Of a DNA stretch of 64,000 bases, positions 20,727-28,379 are shown piece after piece. Origin of the DNA: an uncultured delta proteobacterium (GTDB taxonomy: Bacteria; Bdellovibrionota; FAC87; UBA2466); NCBI GenBank assembly GCA_963778115.1, contig CAVZSV010000004.1:1-64000 (forward strand), in the 5' to 3' direction. The notes beneath the pieces were generated by a model. That model ran no database searches, was not told the origin of the DNA, and saw only the letters and a program-made list of their open reading frames with translations. The position numbers and the translations under genes were made by a program. The stretch's first letter is position 1; every line of letters starts with the position of its first letter.

Positions 20727-20756
20727 ACACTCCTAGCAGGGCCTAGCAGGGATTAA

Positions 20757-21539
20757 GTGAAGCGAATAGCCAAAAACAGACAACACGGCAATCCGGATCT
20801 AGTCGTTCTCTCCTATAATATCCATCAGGGGATCACCGCCTCTCGACGGCAAATAGCCTTTTCCATTTTAAAACAGGCAATCAAGTCTTTGGACGCCGAT
20901 GTCGTTCTTCTTCAAGAAGTCGCAGGGTCCACGCGTCCACGAAAAAACGCCCCCGCTGACCGTGAAAGGGCGTATCAACTCGAAGCACTTGCGGATGAAA
21001 TTTGGCCTTATCAAGCGTACCAAAGAAACAGTGCTTTCTCCGGTGGCTACCATGGAAATGCCATTTTGAGCCGTTTTCCCATTCTTAAATGGAACGTGCT
21101 CAATATTTCCGTAAAAGGGCTAGCGCGCAGAGGAGTGTTGCACGGAGAGCTTAGTCTTCCCCATCACAAACTCCATGTTTTAGGAACCCATTTGGGCCTT
21201 CTCCAATACGAACGGCACCGGCAACTCAACAAATTGTGCCATTATGTCGCCGAACAGATTCCTGCCGGTGCGCCTTTACTCGTCGGCGGAGACTTCAACG
21301 ATTGGCGAGAATATGTCTCCAAAGACATGGCGGCACGGCTCAAAATGGATGAAGCATTTTTAACTCAGGACGCTAGACATGCCCGAACCTTTCCAGCGGG
21401 CCTGCCCGTACTACCGCTCGATCGCATCTATTTCCGAAAGCTGGAAATCCAATCCGCCGTGCGTTTGAAGGGGCGTCCCTGGAAATTTCTTTCCGATCAT
21501 CTTCCTTTGCTAGTCCATTTCAAATTACGCGAGTCTTAA
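20757..21539 (+). CDS. Endonuclease/exonuclease/phosphatase family protein (YbhP-like)
   Basis: SYNIH, LQEV, GNAILSRFP, GDFNDW, LDRIY, SDHLPL. Confidence 0.92.
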   Translation: MKRIAKNRQHGNPDLVVLSYNIHQGITASRRQIAFSILKQAIKSLDADVVLLQEVAGSTRPRKNAPADRERAYQLEALADEIWPYQAYQRNSAFSGGYHGNAILSRFPILKWNVLNISVKGLARRGVLHGELSLPHHKLHVLGTHLGLLQYERHRQLNKLCHYVAEQIPAGAPLLVGGDFNDWREYVSKDMAARLKMDEAFLTQDARHARTFPAGLPVLPLDRIYFRKLEIQSAVRLKGRPWKFLSDHLPLLVHFKLRES

Positions 21540-21626
21540 ATTTACCGCCCAGTGTCAGAGCCGGACGGAAAAATCGGCTATAATGAGAAAAATCCCCCAA
21601 CAAATAGCAATCATCACGGAGCCTGA

Positions 21627-22103
21627 ATGAAATCGCGTTTCGTATCCTTTCACTACACAGTCAAAGATAACGAAGGAAAAGTACTCGACTCTACTCACGA
21701 TGGGGAACCGATGATGTTTCTGGAAGGGGCCAGCCAAATCATGCCCGTGCTCGAAGCGGGGATAAGACCCCTTAAGACTGGCGACAAAAGCGCCATTCTC
21801 ATCAGCTCTTGCGATGCTTACGGCGATAGAGACGAGCAGCTGGTGATACAGGTCCCCTTATCGAGCCTCCCCCAGAAGGGCCGAATCGTGCAGGGACAGC
21901 AATTTAGATTAGAAAAGAAAAAGCAAGAGCCTCGGGTCTACCGAGTTATTGAGGCCAATGAAACGCACGCCCGCCTTGATGGTAACCATCCGCTCGCCGG
22001 TAAAGATCTCACTTTCGAAGTTGAAGTGGTTGAAACTAGGTTTGCCACCCAAACCGAACCGCCTCTTAAAGTTGCCGCAAAATCAAAAGGTGGCTTTAAT
22101 TAA
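21627..22103 (+). CDS. slyD: FKBP-type peptidyl-prolyl isomerase (SlyD-like)
   Basis: HYTVKD, DAYG, DGNHPLAGKDLTFEVEV; no His-rich tail. Confidence 0.9.
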   Translation: MKSRFVSFHYTVKDNEGKVLDSTHDGEPMMFLEGASQIMPVLEAGIRPLKTGDKSAILISSCDAYGDRDEQLVIQVPLSSLPQKGRIVQGQQFRLEKKKQEPRVYRVIEANETHARLDGNHPLAGKDLTFEVEVVETRFATQTEPPLKVAAKSKGGFN

Positions 22104-22555
22104 TTCAAGCGTTCCGTAGGCCCTTCAGACTTTTCCGTCGCCAGACGAGAAAATAACCCCAACGCGTAGTTTAATATTCCATACGCACCCGCCGACTTAG
22201 GGACAAACTCTTTCACTGATGCCGGCCAGAATTTGGGATCGATGTGACGGTATTGGCTTATCAAAATGATGGGAACCGTGCGCAGATAGCGTTCCAAAAA
22301 CTCGGTTAGCTGAAGGCCAGTAATCGCGCCCAAGTCGTAATCAAAAATGCCCAGATCAAAATCAAAGTGAGAGAGTTTAGCGATGTCTTTTACGGAACTG
22401 TAATAGGTCAGAGGGATCTGCTCCCGATGAGCAATTTTCATCATGATCTTCCCAAAAACGATGTCATCATCCACGAGAAGGATTCGGGGTACGGGAATGC
22501 AACGGCTGCGAAGATCTTGGGCGATTGACACTTCGGACTTTCGGAACTCTTCCAC
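22100..22555 (-). CDS. Single-domain response regulator
   Basis: ILLVDDD, FDYDL, ILIS, VPK; SD GGAGG before GTG. Confidence 0.85.
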   Translation of the reverse strand: MEEFRKSEVSIAQDLRSRCIPVPRILLVDDDIVFGKIMMKIAHREQIPLTYYSSVKDIAKLSHFDFDLGIFDYDLGAITGLQLTEFLERYLRTVPIILISQYRHIDPKFWPASVKEFVPKSAGAYGILNYALGLFSRLATEKSEGPTERLN

Positions 22556-22789
22556 TCTCCCCTCCTTAGTTTCCGCTCACCATTAACAGCCTCCTAAAGA
22601 ACCGTCGTTTGGAAACAATCTCATCGGAAAGGCCACGAGAGCTAGGCCTTAAGTGGTTACAAGTTCTGTAGGAGCTTTACCCATCTCTAGCATTTTCACC
22701 AGGGCTCGCCTAGGGGTTAAGAAGCCAAAAACGACAAATCTTACGATTATGTCAGACTTAGCGACGATCCTCCTATCTCTGGACACCCG

Positions 22790-23215
22790 TTAATGAGTGG
22801 GCAAACGGGCGGAGCGGAACCAAAACTGCTCGATATCGCGAATCACCGAGAAAAAGGAATCCAAGTCCACCGGCTTTGAAATGAAGCAGTTGGCACTCAA
22901 TTCATAGCAAACGTTGATATCCGAATCCGCGGACGAACTGCTCAGCACAATGACAGGTATTTTTTTAAGACGTGCATCCCCTTTCACCTCTTTCAAGACC
23001 TCTCTTCCATCTTTCTTCGGTAAGTTAAGATCGAGAATGATAAGATCCGGCTGTGGTGACTCGGCGTACCTGCCACTTTTTCGCAAATAACGAAGGGCTT
23101 CGACACCGTCTCCGACGGCTTCCATGTTGCCCACCCAATCGGTTTCTCTTAGCGCTTCGCTGGTAAGCGCCCGATCAGCTGGGTTGTCTTCAACTAACAA
23201 AATATTCACATTCAT
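22790..23215 (-). CDS. Single-domain response regulator (Rcp1-like)
   Basis: ILLVEDNPAD, LDLNLPKKDGREVL, LSSS, FISKP, FW. Confidence 0.92.
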   Translation of the reverse strand: MNVNILLVEDNPADRALTSEALRETDWVGNMEAVGDGVEALRYLRKSGRYAESPQPDLIILDLNLPKKDGREVLKEVKGDARLKKIPVIVLSSSSADSDINVCYELSANCFISKPVDLDSFFSVIRDIEQFWFRSARLPTH

Positions 23216-23332
23216 AAACCGCGATTGGATAACACTTGGTAGCAGGTTTGAAAACAGTTCAATGTAACCAAACGAAAGCATTGGTACTGTAGGTTGCCCG
23301 AGGATCGTAAGAGTTCATCGACGCGATTAGCT

Positions 23333-24706
23333 CTAAACTCCGGCTGTGCTTGTCATCGATCGGAGTTCCGTTCGAAAGCCGCGCTTTAAGGCGATACCGC
23401 TTGCGATACCATTGATCGCCGCCGCAAGAGGCCATCGTACGAGGCATGGAATGGCGGAACGAAAACCGTAAATCCGGGTGACGCATACCATCCGCTGAAC
23501 CAGTCGATTCAAGATGAGGCTGGCGTTTGCCAAAAGAAGAAACGGAGTCATCGGCCAAGCCAACATGACGTGCAGGGCGTGAGAACTTACCAGCCATGCG
23601 TAAAGCCCAATAACGACAATACAGGGATAACCAAAGAAAGTAGCGGCCCCCAGGATGGCGCCTTTTCGATCTCTCCATAGAAAATAGTGATTGGAAGCGC
23701 ACCCCACCCAGCCCACATTCTTCCACCCTTGAAGAGCAACCCCCATCATTCTTTTGGTCTTCTGCAAGACCGACCCGGAGAATTTAGCCGGAAAGAGCTG
23801 GCGAGTCGCTATGAACTCTTTCTTGCCTGTCGCGAAATTTTCAAAATAGGTCGATACGAAACGAGGGGGATAACCTAAAGTATAGGCGCGAATTCCCAAA
23901 TCATAACTTTCTGCTCCGCTATTTTGGCCGAACAGTTTTCCTCCCCCGTGCTGAGCCAGTTGCCCCGCTAATTTTCTCGAGATAGCCGCTCCTGAATCAA
24001 CGCAAGGTATAGCAGCTCCCAGATAGTCTCTGACCAATAGCTCTTTGGTATGGATCTCAGCACATTCCTCCAAGGATACCCCGGCGACAAAATCAGAACG
24101 ACGAATGTTGGACGAAAGAACGGGCAACTGAATGAATTCGCAGGTCTCTAACTCCGCATTCAATAGTTTGAGAGCTTTGGGATGAATGAGGTGCTTGGCT
24201 TCTTGAATAAGCAAAGCGTCGAACCGAACCCCCATGTCCCGTTCAAAGCGAAATACCTCTTTCGTCGCCAGGTTAAGCATCTGGCTCTTGGGCGGATAGC
24301 CCGGCCCGCGCTCGATAATGACGGGGTGGACATTCAGATAAACGTTTTGAACGTCGTAGAGTTGCCGAATCCCTTCGGTGTCGTCGGCATAAATCCCCAC
24401 GAAACAGTGAAATCTTTCATATTCAAGCCGTCGAATGTTTTCGCGAAGCATTCGCTCTAGATTCGTTGTCTCTGCGCACGCGGAAATAACAATAGCTATG
24501 GTTTTCTCGGGAAGCGAATAGATCTCCCAAAGTTCGTTGGCGTCGAGGAAACGGGGACGAAGTCGCATCACCAAGGCCACCATATCCACCCAAAGATCAT
24601 CCATCCCTGAAAACAGATAGACCACTCCAATGAGGAGTATCAGCGCTAACGCCACCTCGTTCAGGCTAGAAAAGATAGAGTGGTGTTTCCAAATTTCACC
24701 GGTCAT
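23333..24706 (-). CDS. NfrB-like GT2 glycosyltransferase homolog with degenerate catalytic motifs
   Basis: GMDDLWVD, FVGIYADD, IQLPV, EIHTKELLVR, YDLG, ATRQLFP, LQGW, YFLWRDRKG match NfrB-type GT2 domains. Confidence 0.8.
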   Translation of the reverse strand: MTGEIWKHHSIFSSLNEVALALILLIGVVYLFSGMDDLWVDMVALVMRLRPRFLDANELWEIYSLPEKTIAIVISACAETTNLERMLRENIRRLEYERFHCFVGIYADDTEGIRQLYDVQNVYLNVHPVIIERGPGYPPKSQMLNLATKEVFRFERDMGVRFDALLIQEAKHLIHPKALKLLNAELETCEFIQLPVLSSNIRRSDFVAGVSLEECAEIHTKELLVRDYLGAAIPCVDSGAAISRKLAGQLAQHGGGKLFGQNSGAESYDLGIRAYTLGYPPRFVSTYFENFATGKKEFIATRQLFPAKFSGSVLQKTKRMMGVALQGWKNVGWVGCASNHYFLWRDRKGAILGAATFFGYPCIVVIGLYAWLVSSHALHVMLAWPMTPFLLLANASLILNRLVQRMVCVTRIYGFRSAIPCLVRWPLAAAINGIASGIALKRGFRTELRSMTSTAGV

Positions 24707-24788
24707 AGATTAGGACTCGTTTTATGGACTCAGTAAGAGGTCTGTCTGCCCAACTGCCAACCATCAGCCACTATCAGTCAAATACATG

Positions 24789-24805
24789 AGCAAAGTCTGT
24801 GCCAA
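24789..24805 (-). promoter_or_regulatory. Sigma-54 -24/-12 promoter of the nfrB-like gene
   Basis: Minus strand TTGGCACAGACTTTGCT, near-perfect consensus, about 83 bp before the ATG. Confidence 0.85.
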
Positions 24806-24996
24806 CAAACTTTGCTGCGACTTTCGTGATTAGCGATCTTTTTCGACGAAAGTTATCCTCTTGCCATCTAGACGCTTAGTGTTATCGGGAAATTTTTATC
24901 TACCGTGAAAAATGGTAAGGGTTACAAAATGAGCCTTGGATCCTTTTTGGCGCTGGCAACGTTTCAAGTCTATAGGTCACATGGTAGAAGAATTCG

Positions 24997-26193
24997 GTGT
25001 TCTTTCTGTCCGCCAAAAGCCGTCTTTTCGTCTTGCTCTGTTTTGTGGTCTTTCTTGGCAATGGGATCTGTGCCACTCCCCCCACGCAGAGCAAATGGAA
25101 ATTATGGACAGGCAAGACCACGTTGCGAGGTGTTAACATTTGGCAAAAAAGAGTCGCTCTCGAGGACCATGACACCTTTGGAACGGCGAAATTAGGACCG
25201 CCCTACTCGTCCCAATCGTTTTTACAACTAAGGCGGTTAGGCGCCAATTTTGTTGATATTTCGCACCCCGGAATCTTTTCGCAGACGCCGCCCTATCAGT
25301 TAGTTCCCGAAAACCTCGCCAATTTGGAGACTCTCGTCTCTCAGATCAAAGCGTGCGGATGTTACGTCGTCATCAGCTATCGTACGGGGCCGGGAAGAGA
25401 CGAGTTAGGTTTCGATATCTCTAAGCGAAGCCATTCTGTTAATTCGGTCTGGACGCAAGAAGCCGCGCAAAAGGGATGGGAACAGATGTGGCGCTTTACC
25501 GCTTCCCACTTCAAATCGGAGCCTGCCGTCGTTGGTTACGATCTTATGGTGGAGCCCAATAGCGACGACATTTTCTTCAATGGCGAAGGTCCCCAGGTCT
25601 TTCGGACCAAACATTCTGGATCCTCTTTCGACTGGAATATTCTGGCCAAACGGCTCACCACGGCTATCCGCGAAGTCGATAAGACGACACCCATTATTGT
25701 TGGCGGCATGGGATATAGCAGCATCGATTGGTTAGAAAATTTAAGACTAACGGACGACACCAAAACCATCTATGCCGTTCATCAATACTCCCCCTTCGAG
25801 TACACCAATCAGCCCCCTCAGAGTAAGATCGGTTATCCGACAAAAAAAGTAGGTGAGGTAGGTCCCTTCGATTCCGCTTGGCTCGCTCATCAAATTTTTT
25901 TGATTACGCAGTTTCAAACGAAAATTAATAAGCCCATCGTGATCAATGAGTACGGAGTCACTCGCTGGGCACCTAACGCTACCTCTTTTTTGCGCGACGA
26001 GATGGATCATTTTGAAAAAGCGAGATTTAACTATGCAATTTGGCTTTGGGAGAGCGACTGGCCGAAGCTTGGATACGACGAGTTCAACTTTCGCTTTGGA
26101 CCGGATCCAAAGCGTCACTCCGATCTCACCAATAACCCCTTGCTCGAGTTACTGAAGTCCTACTGGTCTAGAAATACACAAAGGCCCGAATAA
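24997..26193 (+). CDS. Secreted glycoside hydrolase family 5
   Basis: Signal peptide; LRGVN; GYDLMVEP (acid/base Glu); HQY; INEYG (nucleophile Glu); YAIW. Confidence 0.85.
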   Translation: MFFLSAKSRLFVLLCFVVFLGNGICATPPTQSKWKLWTGKTTLRGVNIWQKRVALEDHDTFGTAKLGPPYSSQSFLQLRRLGANFVDISHPGIFSQTPPYQLVPENLANLETLVSQIKACGCYVVISYRTGPGRDELGFDISKRSHSVNSVWTQEAAQKGWEQMWRFTASHFKSEPAVVGYDLMVEPNSDDIFFNGEGPQVFRTKHSGSSFDWNILAKRLTTAIREVDKTTPIIVGGMGYSSIDWLENLRLTDDTKTIYAVHQYSPFEYTNQPPQSKIGYPTKKVGEVGPFDSAWLAHQIFLITQFQTKINKPIVINEYGVTRWAPNATSFLRDEMDHFEKARFNYAIWLWESDWPKLGYDEFNFRFGPDPKRHSDLTNNPLLELLKSYWSRNTQRPE

Positions 26194-26330
26194 CCCAGGG
26201 AAAGGGAAGCCCTTTTTCGATCGTGATCGAAATTCCTTATTCCCCGCCACTTCCCTTCATGCGTTCGTCACACACTAGAAGAAGCTAACTCTTCCGACAC
26301 AACGACAGAACTAAAAGGATTTAGGTGCCT

Positions 26331-26780
26331 ATGAAAAATGGATTTTCATTTTTGTGTTCTCTGATCTTTCCCTTTTTGACGAGTTGTGGCGCTTCTAATC
26401 CACCAACGGTATCGCCTTATTCGGCGGATATGGCTCTTCTCACCGTCAGTGAAAGTCCAAATTACGATTACGGATCACTCACCGTCGGTAACTCCCTGGA
26501 TCATGCCTTTACCGTGACCAATATCGGTAACGCCAATGCGAGTGGCTTGACTTGCACTTTGGCCACGTCGGCTTTTAATTTTAAAGGAGGCTCTTTCCCT
26601 GGAATCGGCGGGACCTGCGAGACTACTCTAGCCGCAAACGCCTCATGCCAAATCGTAATTACCTTCGCTCCCCAATACGCGGCTTCGTTTACTCAGATCA
26701 TCGTGATCGATTACTTTAACGCGGTCATGCAGACCTCAACCAATGATCCTACGATAACCGGGACAGGAACCGGTAGCTAA
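26331..26780 (+). CDS. Lipoprotein with one Ig-like (choice-of-anchor D/ASH-like) domain
   Basis: Lipobox LTSC; FTVTNIG, GGTCETTLAANASCQIVITFAP, ITGTG. Confidence 0.8.
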   Translation: MKNGFSFLCSLIFPFLTSCGASNPPTVSPYSADMALLTVSESPNYDYGSLTVGNSLDHAFTVTNIGNANASGLTCTLATSAFNFKGGSFPGIGGTCETTLAANASCQIVITFAPQYAASFTQIIVIDYFNAVMQTSTNDPTITGTGTGS

Positions 26781-26797
26781 GGTAGACTGCATCTCTT

Positions 26798-27751
26798 ATG
26801 AAGCAAGGTATCCGCATTGGTATTTCGGCTTGTCTGTTGGGCGAGCGGGTGCGATTCGACGGTGGGCATAAAAGGGATGATTTTTTAACACAGACCTTAG
26901 GGGGGTACTTTGACTGGATATCGGTCTGCCCGGAGATGGAGATTGGACTGGGAGCGCCGCGCGATACTCTGCACCTCGAGTCATCTTTGACTTCCGAGCC
27001 CAAATTGGTCTTTGTGAAATCCCGCACGGATATTTCCGAAAAGATGCGGGCCTATGCCAGGACTAAGCTGAAATATCTAAAGGACCTGTCGCTCGATGGC
27101 TTTCTCTTAAAAAAAAATTCCCCCAGCTGCGGAAAAGAAAGGGTCAAACTTTACGGTAAGAATAATTCCGTTACCCGATCGGGTGTGGGCGTGTTTGCTT
27201 CCCTTCTTATGCAAACCTTTCCTAACCTTCCCGTTGAAGAGGAAGGCCGATTGAGCAATCCGATACTTCGGGAGAATTGGATCGAGCGAGTTTTTGCTTA
27301 TCATCGATTAAAAGCTCTCTGGAATTCGCCTTGGAAACTAAGAGATCTGCTTAGTTTTCATACCCAACACAAACTCACTCTACTAGCACACTCGCCTCAA
27401 GCGTACCAACGCTTAGGTAAACTTTTAGCTACCGCAAAGGGCGTTGACCGTGACACGCTAAAGGAACGCTACGAGAAGGAATTCATGACCGCGATGGAAA
27501 AGCCAGCCACGGCAGGGCGGCATGCTAACGTGCTAGAGCACATCATCGGATACTTCAAAAATAACTTGGACACAGACTCGAGAAGGGAATTAGCGACCCA
27601 GATTAAGGACTACCAAAAGGGGATCGTTCCGCTCATCGTTCCCATTACGTTGATTCACCACCATTTAAGGACAATAAAGATCCCCTATTTGGAAGAACAG
27701 AGCTATCTACATCCTCACCCCAAGGAGCTGGCACTGAGAAACCATGTCTGA
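26798..27751 (+). CDS. DUF523/DUF1722 (YbbK-YbgA) protein
   Basis: GISACLLGERVRFDGGHK, VCPE, SPSCG, EEEGRL, FHTQHK, PLIVP, YLHPHPKEL. Confidence 0.93.
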   Translation: MKQGIRIGISACLLGERVRFDGGHKRDDFLTQTLGGYFDWISVCPEMEIGLGAPRDTLHLESSLTSEPKLVFVKSRTDISEKMRAYARTKLKYLKDLSLDGFLLKKNSPSCGKERVKLYGKNNSVTRSGVGVFASLLMQTFPNLPVEEEGRLSNPILRENWIERVFAYHRLKALWNSPWKLRDLLSFHTQHKLTLLAHSPQAYQRLGKLLATAKGVDRDTLKERYEKEFMTAMEKPATAGRHANVLEHIIGYFKNNLDTDSRRELATQIKDYQKGIVPLIVPITLIHHHLRTIKIPYLEEQSYLHPHPKELALRNHV

Positions 27752-27776
27752 GTGATTGTCCATTGAGCAGCGAAAG

Positions 27777-27864
27777 CAACTGAGCAATCCCGGTGCACTA
27801 GGCTGGGTGTCGTGAGAGACAAAGCCCGGAGAGGGCCACGATCCGGCGCGAATTCTAACAGTTG
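27777..27864. ncRNA. Candidate structured RNA, family unassigned
   Basis: Nested complementarity: CAACTG/CAGTTG, CCGG/CCGG, CTGGGT/GCCCGG, GTC-GTGAGA-GAC. Confidence 0.4.
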
Positions 27865-27921
27865 GAAAGAGTATACACATCCTCCAAAATGCCACGTATC
27901 TTATTGATATCACGTTAGTTT

Positions 27922-27947
27922 CCCCAGCCCCATCCCCGTCCCCGCCC
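27922..27947 (-). repeat. G-tract repeat (potential G-quadruplex)
   Basis: Minus strand GGG-C-GGGG-AC-GGGG-AT-GGGG-CT-GGGG. Confidence 0.6.
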
Positions 27948-27987
27948 TAACCTTTCACACGCACTTTAGGTATACGCAGCTTAGAAC

Positions 27988-28004
27988 TCGGCATCGGGTA
28001 TGCA
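27988..28004 (+). promoter_or_regulatory. Candidate sigma-54 promoter
   Basis: TCGGCATCGGGTATGCA = GG-N10-GC, about 24 bp before ATG 28028. Confidence 0.6.
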
Positions 28005-28027
28005 CCTCTAGCGGGCAAGGGGGCAAT

Positions 28028-28336
28028 ATGAAATCGCAATTATGGGTCCTGGCTATCGTGAGTCTGATTCAAATGTCCTCGGCGCAAGCCTGCAAATTCT
28101 GCTACCGTCCCGGAGCCGCGGGAGATAGTGGCGGAACAAACTCTGAAGCCGGTGCTTCCGGCGGTACCCGAATAGGCAAACCGCTTAAACCGGTCTCCGC
28201 CCTCGACGACGAGAAGAAGTTTTTCCAGGGGGCGACCACCGCCCAAAATAATGCGCCGGCACCCGCTGAAAAAGAAAAGCCTCGGCGCAACACCTCTGAC
28301 TTTGAGACCGAAAGCGTTTACGGTGCCCAAGAATAA
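28028..28336 (+). CDS. Small secreted protein with CxxC at the mature N-terminus
   Basis: Signal peptide AQA then CKFC, then low-complexity body; SD AAGGGGG. Confidence 0.7.
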   Translation: MKSQLWVLAIVSLIQMSSAQACKFCYRPGAAGDSGGTNSEAGASGGTRIGKPLKPVSALDDEKKFFQGATTAQNNAPAPAEKEKPRRNTSDFETESVYGAQE

Positions 28337-28379
28337 GCCAAAGCTTCTTTAAATACCTCCCATCGGTTATGGTTTCTTT

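Noticed and set aside
20732..20751. Tandem duplication CCTAGCAGGG x2
   Set aside because: A single 10-bp duplication with no spacer or element context; not CRISPR or a target-site duplication
27754..27864. Assignment to c-di-GMP riboswitch, pistol or HDV ribozyme, SRP or 6S RNA
   Set aside because: Only short coincidental matches (such as AGGGCCACG, GCGAAAGC); required partner strands and conserved cores are absent
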